A program made the position numbers and the translations under genes. 34,856 bases of DNA from an uncultured virus (IMG/VR IMGVR_UViG_3300045815_000012) (taxonomy: Duplodnaviria; Heunggongvirae; Uroviricota; Caudoviricetes), in the IMG/VR virus record IMGVR_UViG_3300045815_000012; one strand, written 5' to 3'. Each line of letters begins with the position of its first letter. Position 1 is the stretch's first letter. The notes below the pieces were generated by a model that did not search any database, was not told the DNA's origin, and was given only the letters and a program-made list of their open reading frames with translations. Positions 1 to 9,139 of the stretch are shown here, one piece after another.

Positions 1-644
1 GCTTGAGCAAATCCAGAGCTGACAAAACCTGTGACAGATTTCATCGTGTTTTGGATTGTCTTCGGCATTGATTTCACTTTTTCAATCGGATTCTTGATTA
101 ACTCAAGCAATGAAGAACCGATAGATTTAAAGCCATTCTTTAAGTCGCCGAAGCTAGACTTTAGGTTGGACAAGCTATCCTTCATAGAAATAACGAGCGC
201 TCGATTCATTGCCTTGCTGTCTTTTGTCATTTCGTTGTAGGATACTTTCGCATCGCTCTTCATCTGATTGAACGTCTGCTTGCTATTTGATGATAAGACG
301 TTGTTTGAATTCGTAATCTTTGAAGTCAACGCCTGATAACCCTTTGTACCAGAACTAGTCATATCCGTAATTGCTTTCTTTGTGCTATTGAATGATTCAG
401 TAGTTTTGCTCACACGATCTTTTAGATCAGCGTAGCTAGCGACCATTGATTTCGTCGAACTTGAACCTCTCTTACCGAGTTCTTCCGCACGCTCGGCAAC
501 ACTACTAATTGTTCCCGCGAGTTCGGTTGCTTTTTCGCCAGTTCGTTCAAACCAACCGAAAAAAGAGGCCACAGCTTTCTCTGCTGGGCCACTATCTGCG
601 GTGATCGTTAGCTTCGCCCCACCTACGTTTACATCCTCTGCCAA
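1..644 (-). CDS. Tail tape measure protein, N-terminal part (runs off the window)
   Basis: Not in the ORF track. TTG start at 644 after RBS GAAGGGAG; open to the window edge (MAEDVNVGGAKLTITADSGPAEKAVASFFGWFERTGEKATELAG...). Ala/Ser/Lys-rich helical sequence directly downstream of the tail chaperone genes. Confidence 0.85.
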   Translation of the reverse strand, partial: MAEDVNVGGAKLTITADSGPAEKAVASFFGWFERTGEKATELAGTISSVAERAEELGKRGSSSTKSMVASYADLKDRVSKTTESFNSTKKAITDMTSSGTKGYQALTSKITNSNNVLSSNSKQTFNQMKSDAKVSYNEMTKDSKAMNRALVISMKDSLSNLKSSFGDLKNGFKSIGSSLLELIKNPIEKVKSMPKTIQNTMKSVTGFVSSGFAQ

Positions 645-671
645 TTGCTCAACTCCCTTCTATATGTATTT

Positions 672-1115
672 TTATTTCTTCCACCATTGAGTTGTATCAA
701 CGCCATCGTTGTTAGCAGACTCAGTTAACTGACCTTTCGCCTTTTCAATCGCTTCTTCATACGGCTTCATCAAGATTGACTCATAGCTATTTCCGCCAGT
801 CAGGTTACTCAAGAACATACTCACTGAATCAACTATCGCCATTTGAATCTCATACTGTCTTGATCTCCGAGCGTTATACTCTTGTTTATTTCCCCATTCA
901 TACTTCCGCTTCAACCAAGTAAATGTCTGGTCTAAAACATAATCCTCTGAGAGAGAGTAGAAATAAGAAACGTATTGGATTTGCTCTATTAAGCTTGTGG
1001 TGAAGGTTTCAATGGCACTACTGATTCCGGTTGATCCTGAGTGTCTGCTTTCGTTTTCCCTGCTGCGTTCATGTCCTCTTTCTTCACTGGTCGGAATTTC
1101 GGACGGATCTTTTTT
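672..1115 (-). CDS. Tail assembly chaperone, frameshifted C-terminal extension (gpGT-like T frame)
   Basis: The -1 frame relative to the upstream chaperone is open from the slippery heptamer A-AAA-AAG (1115-1109) to the stop at 672 and contains the track ORF 672..914, which has no good RBS. Confidence 0.8.
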   Translation of the reverse strand, partial: KKDPSEIPTSEERGHERSRENESRHSGSTGISSAIETFTTSLIEQIQYVSYFYSLSEDYVLDQTFTWLKRKYEWGNKQEYNARRSRQYEIQMAIVDSVSMFLSNLTGGNSYESILMKPYEEAIEKAKGQLTESANNDGVDTTQWWKK

Positions 1116-1573
1116 ACTAATGCAGTCAACTTATCAATCGGTGTATTATCTAAGAATGAAGTTACGATCAAAGCTGTGTCAAAGAAATCCATTTCCTCTG
1201 TTTCTTCAGCAGTATTACCAAGTACAATCGCAAGTATTTCCGCAATCTTCTCATCTGGTAAAATTTCTAGAGCAAACTCGACCGTTTGTTCCATAGATGG
1301 CGGTGTGAAGTCCCAGAGCAGGTTCTTATTCTCATCTTTCATTTGTTCCCCAGTCTTCTCGTCAATCGCTGGTTTTTTCTCAGTGTTCTCGCTTCTCCAC
1401 TTAACAAATCGGTCGTACATGATTACACCATCACCTGCTACAAATTTGATCAATCGCACCACTTTTCTATTTGTCAGTCGCGGCATTGGTACCTTTGAAC
1501 CATCGCTCAATTCAACCATTTTCATTTCAGTTACTACGCTGTTGATTTGTTCTACTGTTGTATTTCCAGTCAT
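989..1573 (-). CDS. Tail assembly chaperone (gpG-like)
   Basis: ATG at 1573 with AGGAG RBS (track ORF starts at 1612). Lies between the major tail and tape measure genes and carries an internal slippery site. Confidence 0.8.
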   Translation of the reverse strand: MTGNTTVEQINSVVTEMKMVELSDGSKVPMPRLTNRKVVRLIKFVAGDGVIMYDRFVKWRSENTEKKPAIDEKTGEQMKDENKNLLWDFTPPSMEQTVEFALEILPDEKIAEILAIVLGNTAEETEEMDFFDTALIVTSFLDNTPIDKLTALVKKIRPKFRPVKKEDMNAAGKTKADTQDQPESVVPLKPSPQA

Positions 1574-1594
1574 GTTTTTCTCCTTTTTTAGATA

Positions 1595-1624
1595 AAATAA
1601 AAGACCCTGCATTATAGCAAGGCC
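1595..1624 (-). terminator. Intrinsic terminator after the major tail gene
   Basis: Minus strand GGCCTTGC-TATAAT-GCAGGGTC followed by TTTTTATTT. Confidence 0.6.
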
Positions 1625-1630
1625 TTATGA

Positions 1631-2446
1631 TTACAATACTTGTTCTATTTCTTTAAATACATTTTCATCTTCTGGTAAATCATCCTGAGCAAAAGCTGAG
1701 AATGATACCGGGAGAGTTCCTTTTTCCTTACCGTGATTGGTTTCAACGTTATCACTAATTTTTGTTTCATAATAGTGAGCCATTAAGAACGTACCATCTT
1801 CTCTCTTAACAATGTTAGTTAAGCTGTATGAATCAACAGAAGTTGGCGCACCATAAGATACGGTTTTAGTCCCTAGTTCTTCAACAGGTGTTAGAGTATC
1901 AGATGTCGTGTACGCAGCGGTAACACCTTTTTTCAATGTAACAATGTCACCAGATACTTGAGATATTTCGATTGTTTCATCACCGACTTTAGCAAATTTC
2001 ACGGTTTCGAAACTTGCTCCTTTACCAGTTTCGACCTTAATCTTCTTGTTTCCTTTATTGACCGCAGCTGCCAATGTTGCTGGCGTTCCAAGCGTCGCTG
2101 CGGTTTCAGTGATACTACCACCAGCCCATGCTAGAACGCGGTTATCAATTGATGTTTCCATCATAGTTGTATTGAGTGTATTAGTCCATGAGGAAACAGT
2201 TGAATCAATTGGTACGACAGATTGATCAATCATTACATCCTCTGATTCGTAACCTCTTGCTCGAGCAATGCCTTCGGTTGTAGCACCTAAATCACGAAAG
2301 CCAGGTTGTAATTCATAGGTATCCATGTCCATAACGTCAGAGATTTTTGTTGGACGAACAGTGGTGTCTTCCCCAAGGATTAGTCGCCCAGCTCCACCTT
2401 GAATATCCTTTTTATTAAAACGATAAAATTGATCCTTTTTATTCAT
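1631..2446 (-). CDS. Major tail (tube) protein
   Basis: 271 aa with tube-like motifs (GGAGRL, DLGATTEG, LPVSFSA). Position after the tail terminator gene. Has an apparent inserted beta-rich domain. Confidence 0.8.
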   Translation of the reverse strand: MNKKDQFYRFNKKDIQGGAGRLILGEDTTVRPTKISDVMDMDTYELQPGFRDLGATTEGIARARGYESEDVMIDQSVVPIDSTVSSWTNTLNTTMMETSIDNRVLAWAGGSITETAATLGTPATLAAAVNKGNKKIKVETGKGASFETVKFAKVGDETIEISQVSGDIVTLKKGVTAAYTTSDTLTPVEELGTKTVSYGAPTSVDSYSLTNIVKREDGTFLMAHYYETKISDNVETNHGKEKGTLPVSFSAFAQDDLPEDENVFKEIEQVL

Positions 2447-2697
2447 TATTTATCTTCCCCCTTCTTTACCTCTTCGTAGCTCCACGAAGAACTAGAGACT
2501 TTCAGTTTTAGTAACTGCGCATCATTTAGTTCAAGAGTTTCTCCATGAATGATCTCCTTAGGAATACCTTCGATATTAACTTTAAGAGTCGTACCTGCAC
2601 CTGAATTCGATTTAGCCATCACTTTGACTTTCGATTCTTTCGTACCGAGTGCTCCTTGCTTTGTTTCCTGTTTCTTTTCTTGTGCTTTATCTGCCAA
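2446..2697 (-). CDS. Small hypothetical virion-module protein
   Basis: 83 aa, GAGGAA RBS, stop/start overlap with the major tail gene. Confidence 0.6.
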   Translation of the reverse strand: MADKAQEKKQETKQGALGTKESKVKVMAKSNSGAGTTLKVNIEGIPKEIIHGETLELNDAQLLKLKVSSSSWSYEEVKKGEDK

Positions 2698-2709
2698 AAT
2701 AGTTCCTCC

Positions 2710-3063
2710 TTAATTTTCAAAATAACTAATTCTCATATAGCACCATGCTTCGTTTTTCTTTGATTGATCATCAACATCAGGAGTTGGTGGCATCTGAAAA
2801 TCAACATCAAACACATTGACTCCCTCAATATCTGCAAAGTTACGTTTCAGAAAATTACCGACCTCAGTGCATTTCGTGAGAGCTTCAACGTCATCATCAG
2901 AACGCACAAGAAGCTGTAAACTACCCTTGCCAATCGGCTTGACAAGCAGACATGGTAGTTCTGCTCCTGCTTCAATTTTCCATATTCTGAATGATTTGAA
3001 CTCATCTTCAAACGCAGCCTTTAGAAATCCATGTATGCTGCTGGATGCATCTACATAGTCCAT
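2710..3063 (-). CDS. Putative tail terminator / tail completion protein
   Basis: 117 aa; size and position upstream of the major tail gene. Confidence 0.55.
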   Translation of the reverse strand: MDYVDASSSIHGFLKAAFEDEFKSFRIWKIEAGAELPCLLVKPIGKGSLQLLVRSDDDVEALTKCTEVGNFLKRNFADIEGVNVFDVDFQMPPTPDVDDQSKKNEAWCYMRISYFEN

Positions 3064-3072
3064 CTAGCCACC

Positions 3073-3507
3073 TCACATCCTGTTTTTGATGTACTTCTTG
3101 ATTGTTGTTTGACCCTGTGTTTTCATTCGGTTTAGCTCTGCGTCCAACGCCCGGCCAAAGATATTGAATCGTTTCTCTAGCGGCTTCGCGTAAATGACCC
3201 CAGAGCCGATTTCCAAAATAGTTTTACGACCTTCACTCGTCAAATTATGGATCACGGGCCCTACATCTGAACCGTTTGGACCCGATTCATGTCCCGCATA
3301 ACCGATAGAATTAATATAAGCAGCCGTGTCAATATGATGATCCGTTCGAGTGATATCTTTCGCACCATCTGCCCAAACACGTCCCATAGATTCAACAGCA
3401 AGCTCTCTAGCCTCATCAAGAACCCTCGGAAACTGTTTGGTGAACTTAGCCATATCATCGTCTAAATCGAAAGTTACCGAAGCATACTTGGCTTTTCCTT
3501 CAACCAT
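3073..3507 (-). CDS. Neck / tail-completion protein (HK97 gp10-like)
   Basis: IDTAAYINSI and EIGSGVIYAKPLE resemble the VDTG.L..SI and YA..vE motifs of this family; synteny. Confidence 0.7.
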   Translation of the reverse strand: MVEGKAKYASVTFDLDDDMAKFTKQFPRVLDEARELAVESMGRVWADGAKDITRTDHHIDTAAYINSIGYAGHESGPNGSDVGPVIHNLTSEGRKTILEIGSGVIYAKPLEKRFNIFGRALDAELNRMKTQGQTTIKKYIKNRM

Positions 3508-3508
3508 A

Positions 3509-3868
3509 TTATTCAGCTCCTTTTAGATAAATCTTATGATGATGTAGCTTTTTCCTTCCTGTTTGTCTAATAATTCGATCAACTTCAAGTTTGGCTGTGG
3601 TGATAGAATTCCCTTCATCATCAACTATGTTTAAAATATCCATTTCTGGATCAATCTCTGTTGTTTTCGGTACCAAAATATAGAGCGACCTCACCACATC
3701 AGAACCAGTGTTGTCTCTATTTCTGATCGTTTCTTCAACAAAGCGACAACGAGACTGAAACGGTTCTTTTGGTTTGGTTATCGGTCGTCCCCAGCCATCT
3801 TCTCCCACTTTTTCTTCACCAGGAAATTGAATGGTACAAAAATGAGGCAGCAAACGATCAAAAGACAC
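3509..3868 (-). CDS. Head closure / stopper protein
   Basis: GTG at 3868 after GAGGTGG (track ORF extends to 3940). DGWGRP motif and C-terminal LHHHKIYL; synteny. Confidence 0.7.
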   Translation of the reverse strand: MSFDRLLPHFCTIQFPGEEKVGEDGWGRPITKPKEPFQSRCRFVEETIRNRDNTGSDVVRSLYILVPKTTEIDPEMDILNIVDDEGNSITTAKLEVDRIIRQTGRKKLHHHKIYLKGAE

Positions 3869-4304
3869 GTTTACCACCTCTTTTCGGTTTTCTTCTTGTC
3901 GGACCACTGACATTGAAATAAGTTGGATTCTGCTTACCAACTGTTAATGCATCTAACAGCATATCCAACTCATAGTCTCCGGTAATACCAATCCCAACAT
4001 CATCACCAATTGATTTCACAGTGTACGAATAATCTCCGATGTTCTCGGATTTAATCCCCTCAAACCGGTTCTCCATATCCATCTCATTGTCACAGTAGTA
4101 GAGATAGTCGACTAAACGCCAAGTAATCGTTTTGAGTGATTGCATCGTGATTAGATTTTCAGTTTTTGAATAATCAAATCCCGTTCGTTGAGTCGTGTAA
4201 TTATCAGCACGATCCATCAACGAAGTAAAAGCCTCATCTTCTAGTTTGTCCAACTGATCTTTAAAGCGAGAATGAAGAAGAACTTCTTTTTTTTCAATGA
4301 ACAT
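3858..4304 (-). CDS. Head-tail adaptor/connector protein
   Basis: GIKSENIGDYSYT motif typical of adaptor proteins; follows the capsid gene. Confidence 0.75.
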   Translation of the reverse strand: MFIEKKEVLLHSRFKDQLDKLEDEAFTSLMDRADNYTTQRTGFDYSKTENLITMQSLKTITWRLVDYLYYCDNEMDMENRFEGIKSENIGDYSYTVKSIGDDVGIGITGDYELDMLLDALTVGKQNPTYFNVSGPTRRKPKRGGKRVF

Positions 4305-4556
4305 CTAGCTCACTTCCTTAATGAAACCTTCCTTGATGCGGGCTTTCAGTTCAGAAGAATACGGCTTTTCGATTGCTACATTTTCCCCGTATCTAATCAC
4401 AACACCCTTCGAAATGAACTGTTTATCTTCCACCGTGCAAGTCAATAACACTTCTTCAGAGTTCTTTTCATCCGCAACAACGTCTTCCTCTTTTGGTTCG
4501 ACTACTTTGTCTTCCAATACTTCTTCAGAATTCTTTTCATCCTTTTTCTTTGCCAT
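4305..4556 (-). CDS. Small acidic protein downstream of the capsid gene
   Basis: 83 aa, AGGAG RBS, internal DEKNSEEVL duplication. Confidence 0.65.
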   Translation of the reverse strand: MAKKKDEKNSEEVLEDKVVEPKEEDVVADEKNSEEVLLTCTVEDKQFISKGVVIRYGENVAIEKPYSSELKARIKEGFIKEVS

Positions 4557-4567
4557 AGAATTTCCTC

Positions 4568-5656
4568 CTAAAGAGACTTACTTAAATCCATGATCATACG
4601 AGCTTTAGTCTCAAACGGCACGTAATCAGAAGTCTTAGTCGTATACGATCCATCAATTTGAGTTTTCGCATTCCGTTCAGTCTCAGTGGAAAGAGCTTTG
4701 AAAACATACTCATTGATTGCAAATTTCGTATCGACAAACATAATTTGACCGTCAGGCATTTGCTTAGAAATAAACGGTTTTGAAGCTAACACATCAGGTG
4801 CAGTACCATTCAACTGATTTTGCAAGAAAATTGGCGTGCCTTGAGTAGTTTCGATTGATGTCCATTGCTTCGCTGTCTTACGGTTCATAACCGCACGATT
4901 AGGCGTGAATCCTGTTTCATCCTCCATATACGTCTGAGCGTCCCATGCATCCATGATGGTCAATTTTCCGACTGTTTCAACTCCGCGAACCTCTGGCGCG
5001 TCAGAGCCATCATCGAAGTATCCATTCATCAGTCGATCGACAACCATTCGTTCATCCGTTCGACCTAACACCAATCCTTGGCGATTGAAGAATGCAGCAA
5101 GCATATCGAATTTCATTGCTTTCGCTTCATCAGTTAATTCAATACCGCCTCCACGCTTGTATACTTGAATCATTTTCTTTTCGGCCAATTTAATGGTCAT
5201 TACCGGAATTGGTCCGCCTTGTGCTACTGTTTTGAAATCGAAGTCTTCATCATCGTATTCGTCAGCATAGTACCAAGATGTAGTCTGCTGATCGATGTTG
5301 ACGGTTCCCATTAACAATTCTGCCGCACGGCCAGTTTTTTCGAATACGCCACGTACATACGATTCTACTAACGTTTCAAATAATGGCTTTGTATTGTCGT
5401 TTGCTAGTAGTGATCCGACATTCGTACGAATCAACGAAGGATTTAACATCTTGCGGAAATCATCCATCGTCAAGTCGTTTTGATCTAAATAAGAACGCAC
5501 CATTAACGAGGTGTTCTTATTGATCAAATCTTGGCTGACACCATCTGCTTTTGCAGCTTTTCGAGCTTCTTCCCAAAATTCATGTTGCTGCGGCATTTCG
5601 ATGATTCGATTGCCGATAGCAAATTTATCTTTCTTGAATAATTTTAGTTCTGCCAT
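4568..5656 (-). CDS. Major capsid protein (HK97 fold)
   Basis: 362 aa with VAQGGPIP and YKRGGGIELTDEA motifs; position in the head module. Confidence 0.85.
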   Translation of the reverse strand: MAELKLFKKDKFAIGNRIIEMPQQHEFWEEARKAAKADGVSQDLINKNTSLMVRSYLDQNDLTMDDFRKMLNPSLIRTNVGSLLANDNTKPLFETLVESYVRGVFEKTGRAAELLMGTVNIDQQTTSWYYADEYDDEDFDFKTVAQGGPIPVMTIKLAEKKMIQVYKRGGGIELTDEAKAMKFDMLAAFFNRQGLVLGRTDERMVVDRLMNGYFDDGSDAPEVRGVETVGKLTIMDAWDAQTYMEDETGFTPNRAVMNRKTAKQWTSIETTQGTPIFLQNQLNGTAPDVLASKPFISKQMPDGQIMFVDTKFAINEYVFKALSTETERNAKTQIDGSYTTKTSDYVPFETKARMIMDLSKSL

Positions 5657-6027
5657 TAAATCAACACCTCCGCTGTTTTATCAGGATTCCCTTTCAAAAC
5701 AAGTAACCCTTTGTCATCTCCTGATTTGATGAACTTCCCGCTTGCATCAGCGATCACTCGATCACCCATCGCCACAACTGCATCAACCTCTACTTTGACA
5801 TTGCGAGACTTCCCAACTACATAAATTGAAACGGGATCACCTGCCTTGCCACCGACTTTTACAATACCATCCACTTTGTCGTCAACGGACAACGACACTC
5901 CATAGTCACCTTCCGCTGCATCGAATACCACAGGCTGACCAGAGACCACATCCGTCTTCGGATAAACTGTCAAGCTTAATCCATAATTCTCAGGGACGAT
6001 GCCCCCACGATTAAAAATTGCTCCCAT
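5656..6027 (-). CDS. Head decoration / cement protein
   Basis: 123 aa Gly/Val-rich beta protein (VAMGDRVIADASGK) directly upstream of the capsid gene. Confidence 0.65.
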   Translation of the reverse strand: MGAIFNRGGIVPENYGLSLTVYPKTDVVSGQPVVFDAAEGDYGVSLSVDDKVDGIVKVGGKAGDPVSIYVVGKSRNVKVEVDAVVAMGDRVIADASGKFIKSGDDKGLLVLKGNPDKTAEVLI

Positions 6028-6041
6028 ATTTTTCTTTCCTC

Positions 6042-7190
6042 CTATCGAAGTACCATGACTTCATCATCTTTTTCTTCTGATCCGATTTGCCGGCCACTGC
6101 TAAATTTTTTCGACTTCATTTTTTCGTAGCTTTCCCGTTCTTCTTTGATGAATTCTAAATCAGCGCGGGTCAACATAGACTTGTAACTCTCAGCATTGAA
6201 ATCTTCCCCTTGAACAGCAACACGTGCTTTAACAGCTGAATCAATCAAGTCCTCTTTGTACTTGCGGCCAGCTTCTGCCTCTTGCTTCATACGATTGATT
6301 GCTTCAACACTTGCGTTACCTTCTCCAAGAGCGTTACGGATAGCAACGTCCTCTTGAGATTCAAAACGGATTTCATGATCTTCCATAACTTTGCGGAGAT
6401 CAGTTACTGCTAATTTCCCATCAGTAATTGCACTACGAATTTCTTTAATGTCCACTTGCTTCACTCCTTTTGTTTTTTGTCTTTTTAATGCATCAAAAAA
6501 AGGCTTGTCCAACTCATCGAAACGAGTACCTAAGCCTTCCTGTAATACCGCTATTCTGTTTTCATCCATCAAACCATCATCAACCATCTGTCGTGCTTTC
6601 TGTATGTAAGCATTATGGTTTGATCCTTTGTATACCGTTGAAACTTCTCGCAGATGGGCGTTCTTAATCCAATAAAATACCTTTTGACCTTCTTCAGTCC
6701 GATCACCAGGGAAGTATGGAGACATCATCATGGATTTACCATCCACAGAACATATATAGTCTTCAATCCCGGCTGAGAACCCAACTGACAAATCTCTCGT
6801 GATCCCGCCTTCAATGTTACGAATAATATCATTCGTTGATCGTCCGTTTGAATTGCTATCTCTTAGCATGTAAAAGCTACCTGAGACCTTGGTCAGTTCA
6901 CCATCTTGGTAAATACTCGAATCAAATGAGCGAGCATAAGGCTCTCTATTCGTGTCGTGCCAGTCAATCATAGACACGCCTGACAATAAATCTGCTGCAT
7001 AATTTCTTAATGTCGTTTCAGGATCCATTCGAGTATCAAAGGTGTCTAGTGAGTCATCGCTGATCACACCTTCGAATGCAAATAACTCATTAGCATTGAA
7101 TGTCCTACGCGTGTGCTTATTGATTTTCGATAGCAGTTCATCGTCAATGTCCGTTGCATGAACTGACATTGGAAAACTGTTTTCTGTCAT
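6042..7190 (-). CDS. Prohead protease fused to a scaffold-like coiled coil
   Basis: ATG at 7190 after GGGGGTGA RBS. DWH, DLSVGF and LREVSTV protease motifs; helical charged C-terminus. Confidence 0.75.
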   Translation of the reverse strand: MTENSFPMSVHATDIDDELLSKINKHTRRTFNANELFAFEGVISDDSLDTFDTRMDPETTLRNYAADLLSGVSMIDWHDTNREPYARSFDSSIYQDGELTKVSGSFYMLRDSNSNGRSTNDIIRNIEGGITRDLSVGFSAGIEDYICSVDGKSMMMSPYFPGDRTEEGQKVFYWIKNAHLREVSTVYKGSNHNAYIQKARQMVDDGLMDENRIAVLQEGLGTRFDELDKPFFDALKRQKTKGVKQVDIKEIRSAITDGKLAVTDLRKVMEDHEIRFESQEDVAIRNALGEGNASVEAINRMKQEAEAGRKYKEDLIDSAVKARVAVQGEDFNAESYKSMLTRADLEFIKEERESYEKMKSKKFSSGRQIGSEEKDDEVMVLR

Positions 7191-7194
7191 CCTT

Positions 7195-7929
7195 TCACCC
7201 CCTTTCATCATTTCTCATTTCTTCTATTTTACTAATTTCATAAAGAGAAATATTTTCTGTTAAATTCTTAATTGCTCTGAGTAAATCAATATATTGATCG
7301 TAGGAAAGTAAGAAATCGTTTGATTTCAGGTCATCGTCTTGATTTTCTAATTTTGGCTCCTGATAAACATTAAAAAGATGATCGGAAATACTTCTTATAA
7401 TATCTAGAGAGGTTTTATGCTCATCAGGTAGCTTGAACCTGACAATTGTGAGATTAATCTCAAAAATTGCATCTAATCCTTTGTTTGCTATTCCTGTCAT
7501 TTTTTCTTCTAAAACTATTTTTTCTTTTTCGAGAATATCCAATCTATCGAGCTCGTGGATACGCTTTTCATAGCTCATTTTTCTCTGTTTTAGTGCATTT
7601 TTCTCATTTTCAAGTCTTTTTCTTAAATTCACCAACCTATTAGACAATGGATAAAGCTCATTAACAGTAGCATTCAATAAGAAAAGTGAGCTTTTAGCCT
7701 TTCTCAAATCATCAATCTCTTTTTGTTTTAAAAATAAATCTGTCTCAAGTCTGAGATTTGCTTCATTTTGTTTCTTTATTAAATAAATTGAACTTGCTGC
7801 TGCTAGTAATGCACCGATAAGTATACCAAGCAAATTTGTAGAAACTTGAATCCATTCTGGTGTTGCATATTCTATTTGTATCGGTGGAAATTGTTGTTCA
7901 GAAATTTTTTGAATAGTGTTAATAATCAT
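7195..7929 (-). CDS. Moron: membrane-anchored coiled-coil protein of unknown function
   Basis: 244 aa, one TM helix (LLGILIGALLAAASSIYLI), visibly AT-rich, AGGAGG RBS, apparently has its own promoter. Confidence 0.75.
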   Translation of the reverse strand: MIINTIQKISEQQFPPIQIEYATPEWIQVSTNLLGILIGALLAAASSIYLIKKQNEANLRLETDLFLKQKEIDDLRKAKSSLFLLNATVNELYPLSNRLVNLRKRLENEKNALKQRKMSYEKRIHELDRLDILEKEKIVLEEKMTGIANKGLDAIFEINLTIVRFKLPDEHKTSLDIIRSISDHLFNVYQEPKLENQDDDLKSNDFLLSYDQYIDLLRAIKNLTENISLYEISKIEEMRNDERG

Positions 7930-7950
7930 CTAAATCCCTCCTATTTGATA

Positions 7951-7979
7951 ATCATACCAAACGATACTCAGGTAAGGAA
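7951..7979 (-). promoter_or_regulatory. Putative sigmaA promoter of the head-module moron
   Basis: Minus strand TTCCTT-17 bp-TATGAT with a TG extension (TGGTATGAT). Confidence 0.5.
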
Positions 7980-8002
7980 GGTAGTATTAGCCTTTGCGAC
8001 AG

Positions 8003-8179
8003 CTAACGAGATGATGGATCACCAACCGTTCCGGCACTATCTGCCTTTCCAGAATGGTACAGTGAGTCCGGTGGTTTTCGTTTGTGTTCCAACATATTCA
8101 AGTGTGTTTTGTGGAATATGAGTAATAAACTTGTTAGTGTCATTGACTGAAAGATATCGCGGTTTTCTTGATTTTCCAT
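8003..8179 (-). CDS. Small hypothetical protein
   Basis: ATG at 8179 preceded by GAGGAG; 58 aa, directly after the minor head gene. Confidence 0.5.
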   Translation of the reverse strand: MENQENRDIFQSMTLTSLLLIFHKTHLNMLEHKRKPPDSLYHSGKADSAGTVGDPSSR

Positions 8180-8194
8180 AGCTTTCACTCCTCA

Positions 8195-9139
8195 TCAAGA
8201 TATTAATTGATTCAATTTATCTTCATCTAGGCCTTTCCAGAGCAACTGATAGGTGCAGCGGCACTGAATGACATTGTTTGCGCTCGCTCCCATTTCAGAG
8301 TCTCTTGGGTACATTAACAGTTCGCCATTAACAATGAATGGTTCGTAAAACTCTTTGAATTGACCATTCGCATGATGATGCCAATCACGCACTCTTGGAT
8401 AATCATTTGAATCTCGCCACACTTTGCCTAATAGTAAATCCTCTTCTGCGAATTTCATATCTGACCCGAATTGTCCGGTTGTCTGAGCTGTTAAAATCTC
8501 TGTTCTAGCTATAGAACGAGCACGATCATCACTGAACGCATAATCACGCTGCAATACAGATTGCACCTTGTCTATCGAATACGGACTATCTGAGATAGTG
8601 TCATAGATCAACTTACGGACACGGTCGGCAGAAGTTCCGACAATCTCTGATGCGCTGAACTTCGATCGCCACTCAATCCAATCTAATAGTTTGTCATCTA
8701 TGAAATCATACTTACCAAATACTCCCTCTGGACTGAACGGTATTTCAACAGGAATGTTCAAATAGTTGATCTCTCCGACCACCATGATCGTTCCGAGTAA
8801 CCACTCATTAAACAGCTTCTCCCAATCCTCAACCATTTTATCAATCGTTCGGTTGTTCAAAACATACTCTTCTACCCAGTCCTGAAAGTCTTTAGGATAA
8901 TCTGATAAATCGGCGCGGTTATTCGCAAAATTGGGTGGTTCTGGTGCATCGTTTAACGTGTCATGGATTAATTGTCGTTGATTAGATAAAACGTCTATAA
9001 ATGCCAAATAAGCCTGTTCAGCAACGATAGCAACATCTGCTGACCACGGCTCATTCATCTCAGCAACAAATGGATCACTACTTAGTTTTTTCTTTGAGGA
9101 AGATCTCGCTTGGGAAACGTCTGATTTGTCTGCCTTCAT
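8195..9139 (-). CDS. Minor head protein (SPP1 gp7 / Mu gpF-like)
   Basis: RARSIARTE, KVW, RVRDWH and NVIQCRC motifs. Likely ATG at 9139 after GAGGAGG (track start 9181). Confidence 0.85.
   Translation of the reverse strand: MKADKSDVSQARSSSKKKLSSDPFVAEMNEPWSADVAIVAEQAYLAFIDVLSNQRQLIHDTLNDAPEPPNFANNRADLSDYPKDFQDWVEEYVLNNRTIDKMVEDWEKLFNEWLLGTIMVVGEINYLNIPVEIPFSPEGVFGKYDFIDDKLLDWIEWRSKFSASEIVGTSADRVRKLIYDTISDSPYSIDKVQSVLQRDYAFSDDRARSIARTEILTAQTTGQFGSDMKFAEEDLLLGKVWRDSNDYPRVRDWHHHANGQFKEFYEPFIVNGELLMYPRDSEMGASANNVIQCRCTYQLLWKGLDEDKLNQLIS

Noticed and set aside
1054..1060. GGGAAAA as the chaperone slippery site
   Set aside because: Read GGG-AAA in the zero frame, the wrong phase for an X-XXY-YYZ -1 slip; A-AAA-AAG at 1115-1109 is correctly phased.
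4450..4545. DEKNSEEVL duplication in the small post-capsid protein
   Set aside because: Short internal duplication in a low-complexity acidic region; no evidence of a wider system.
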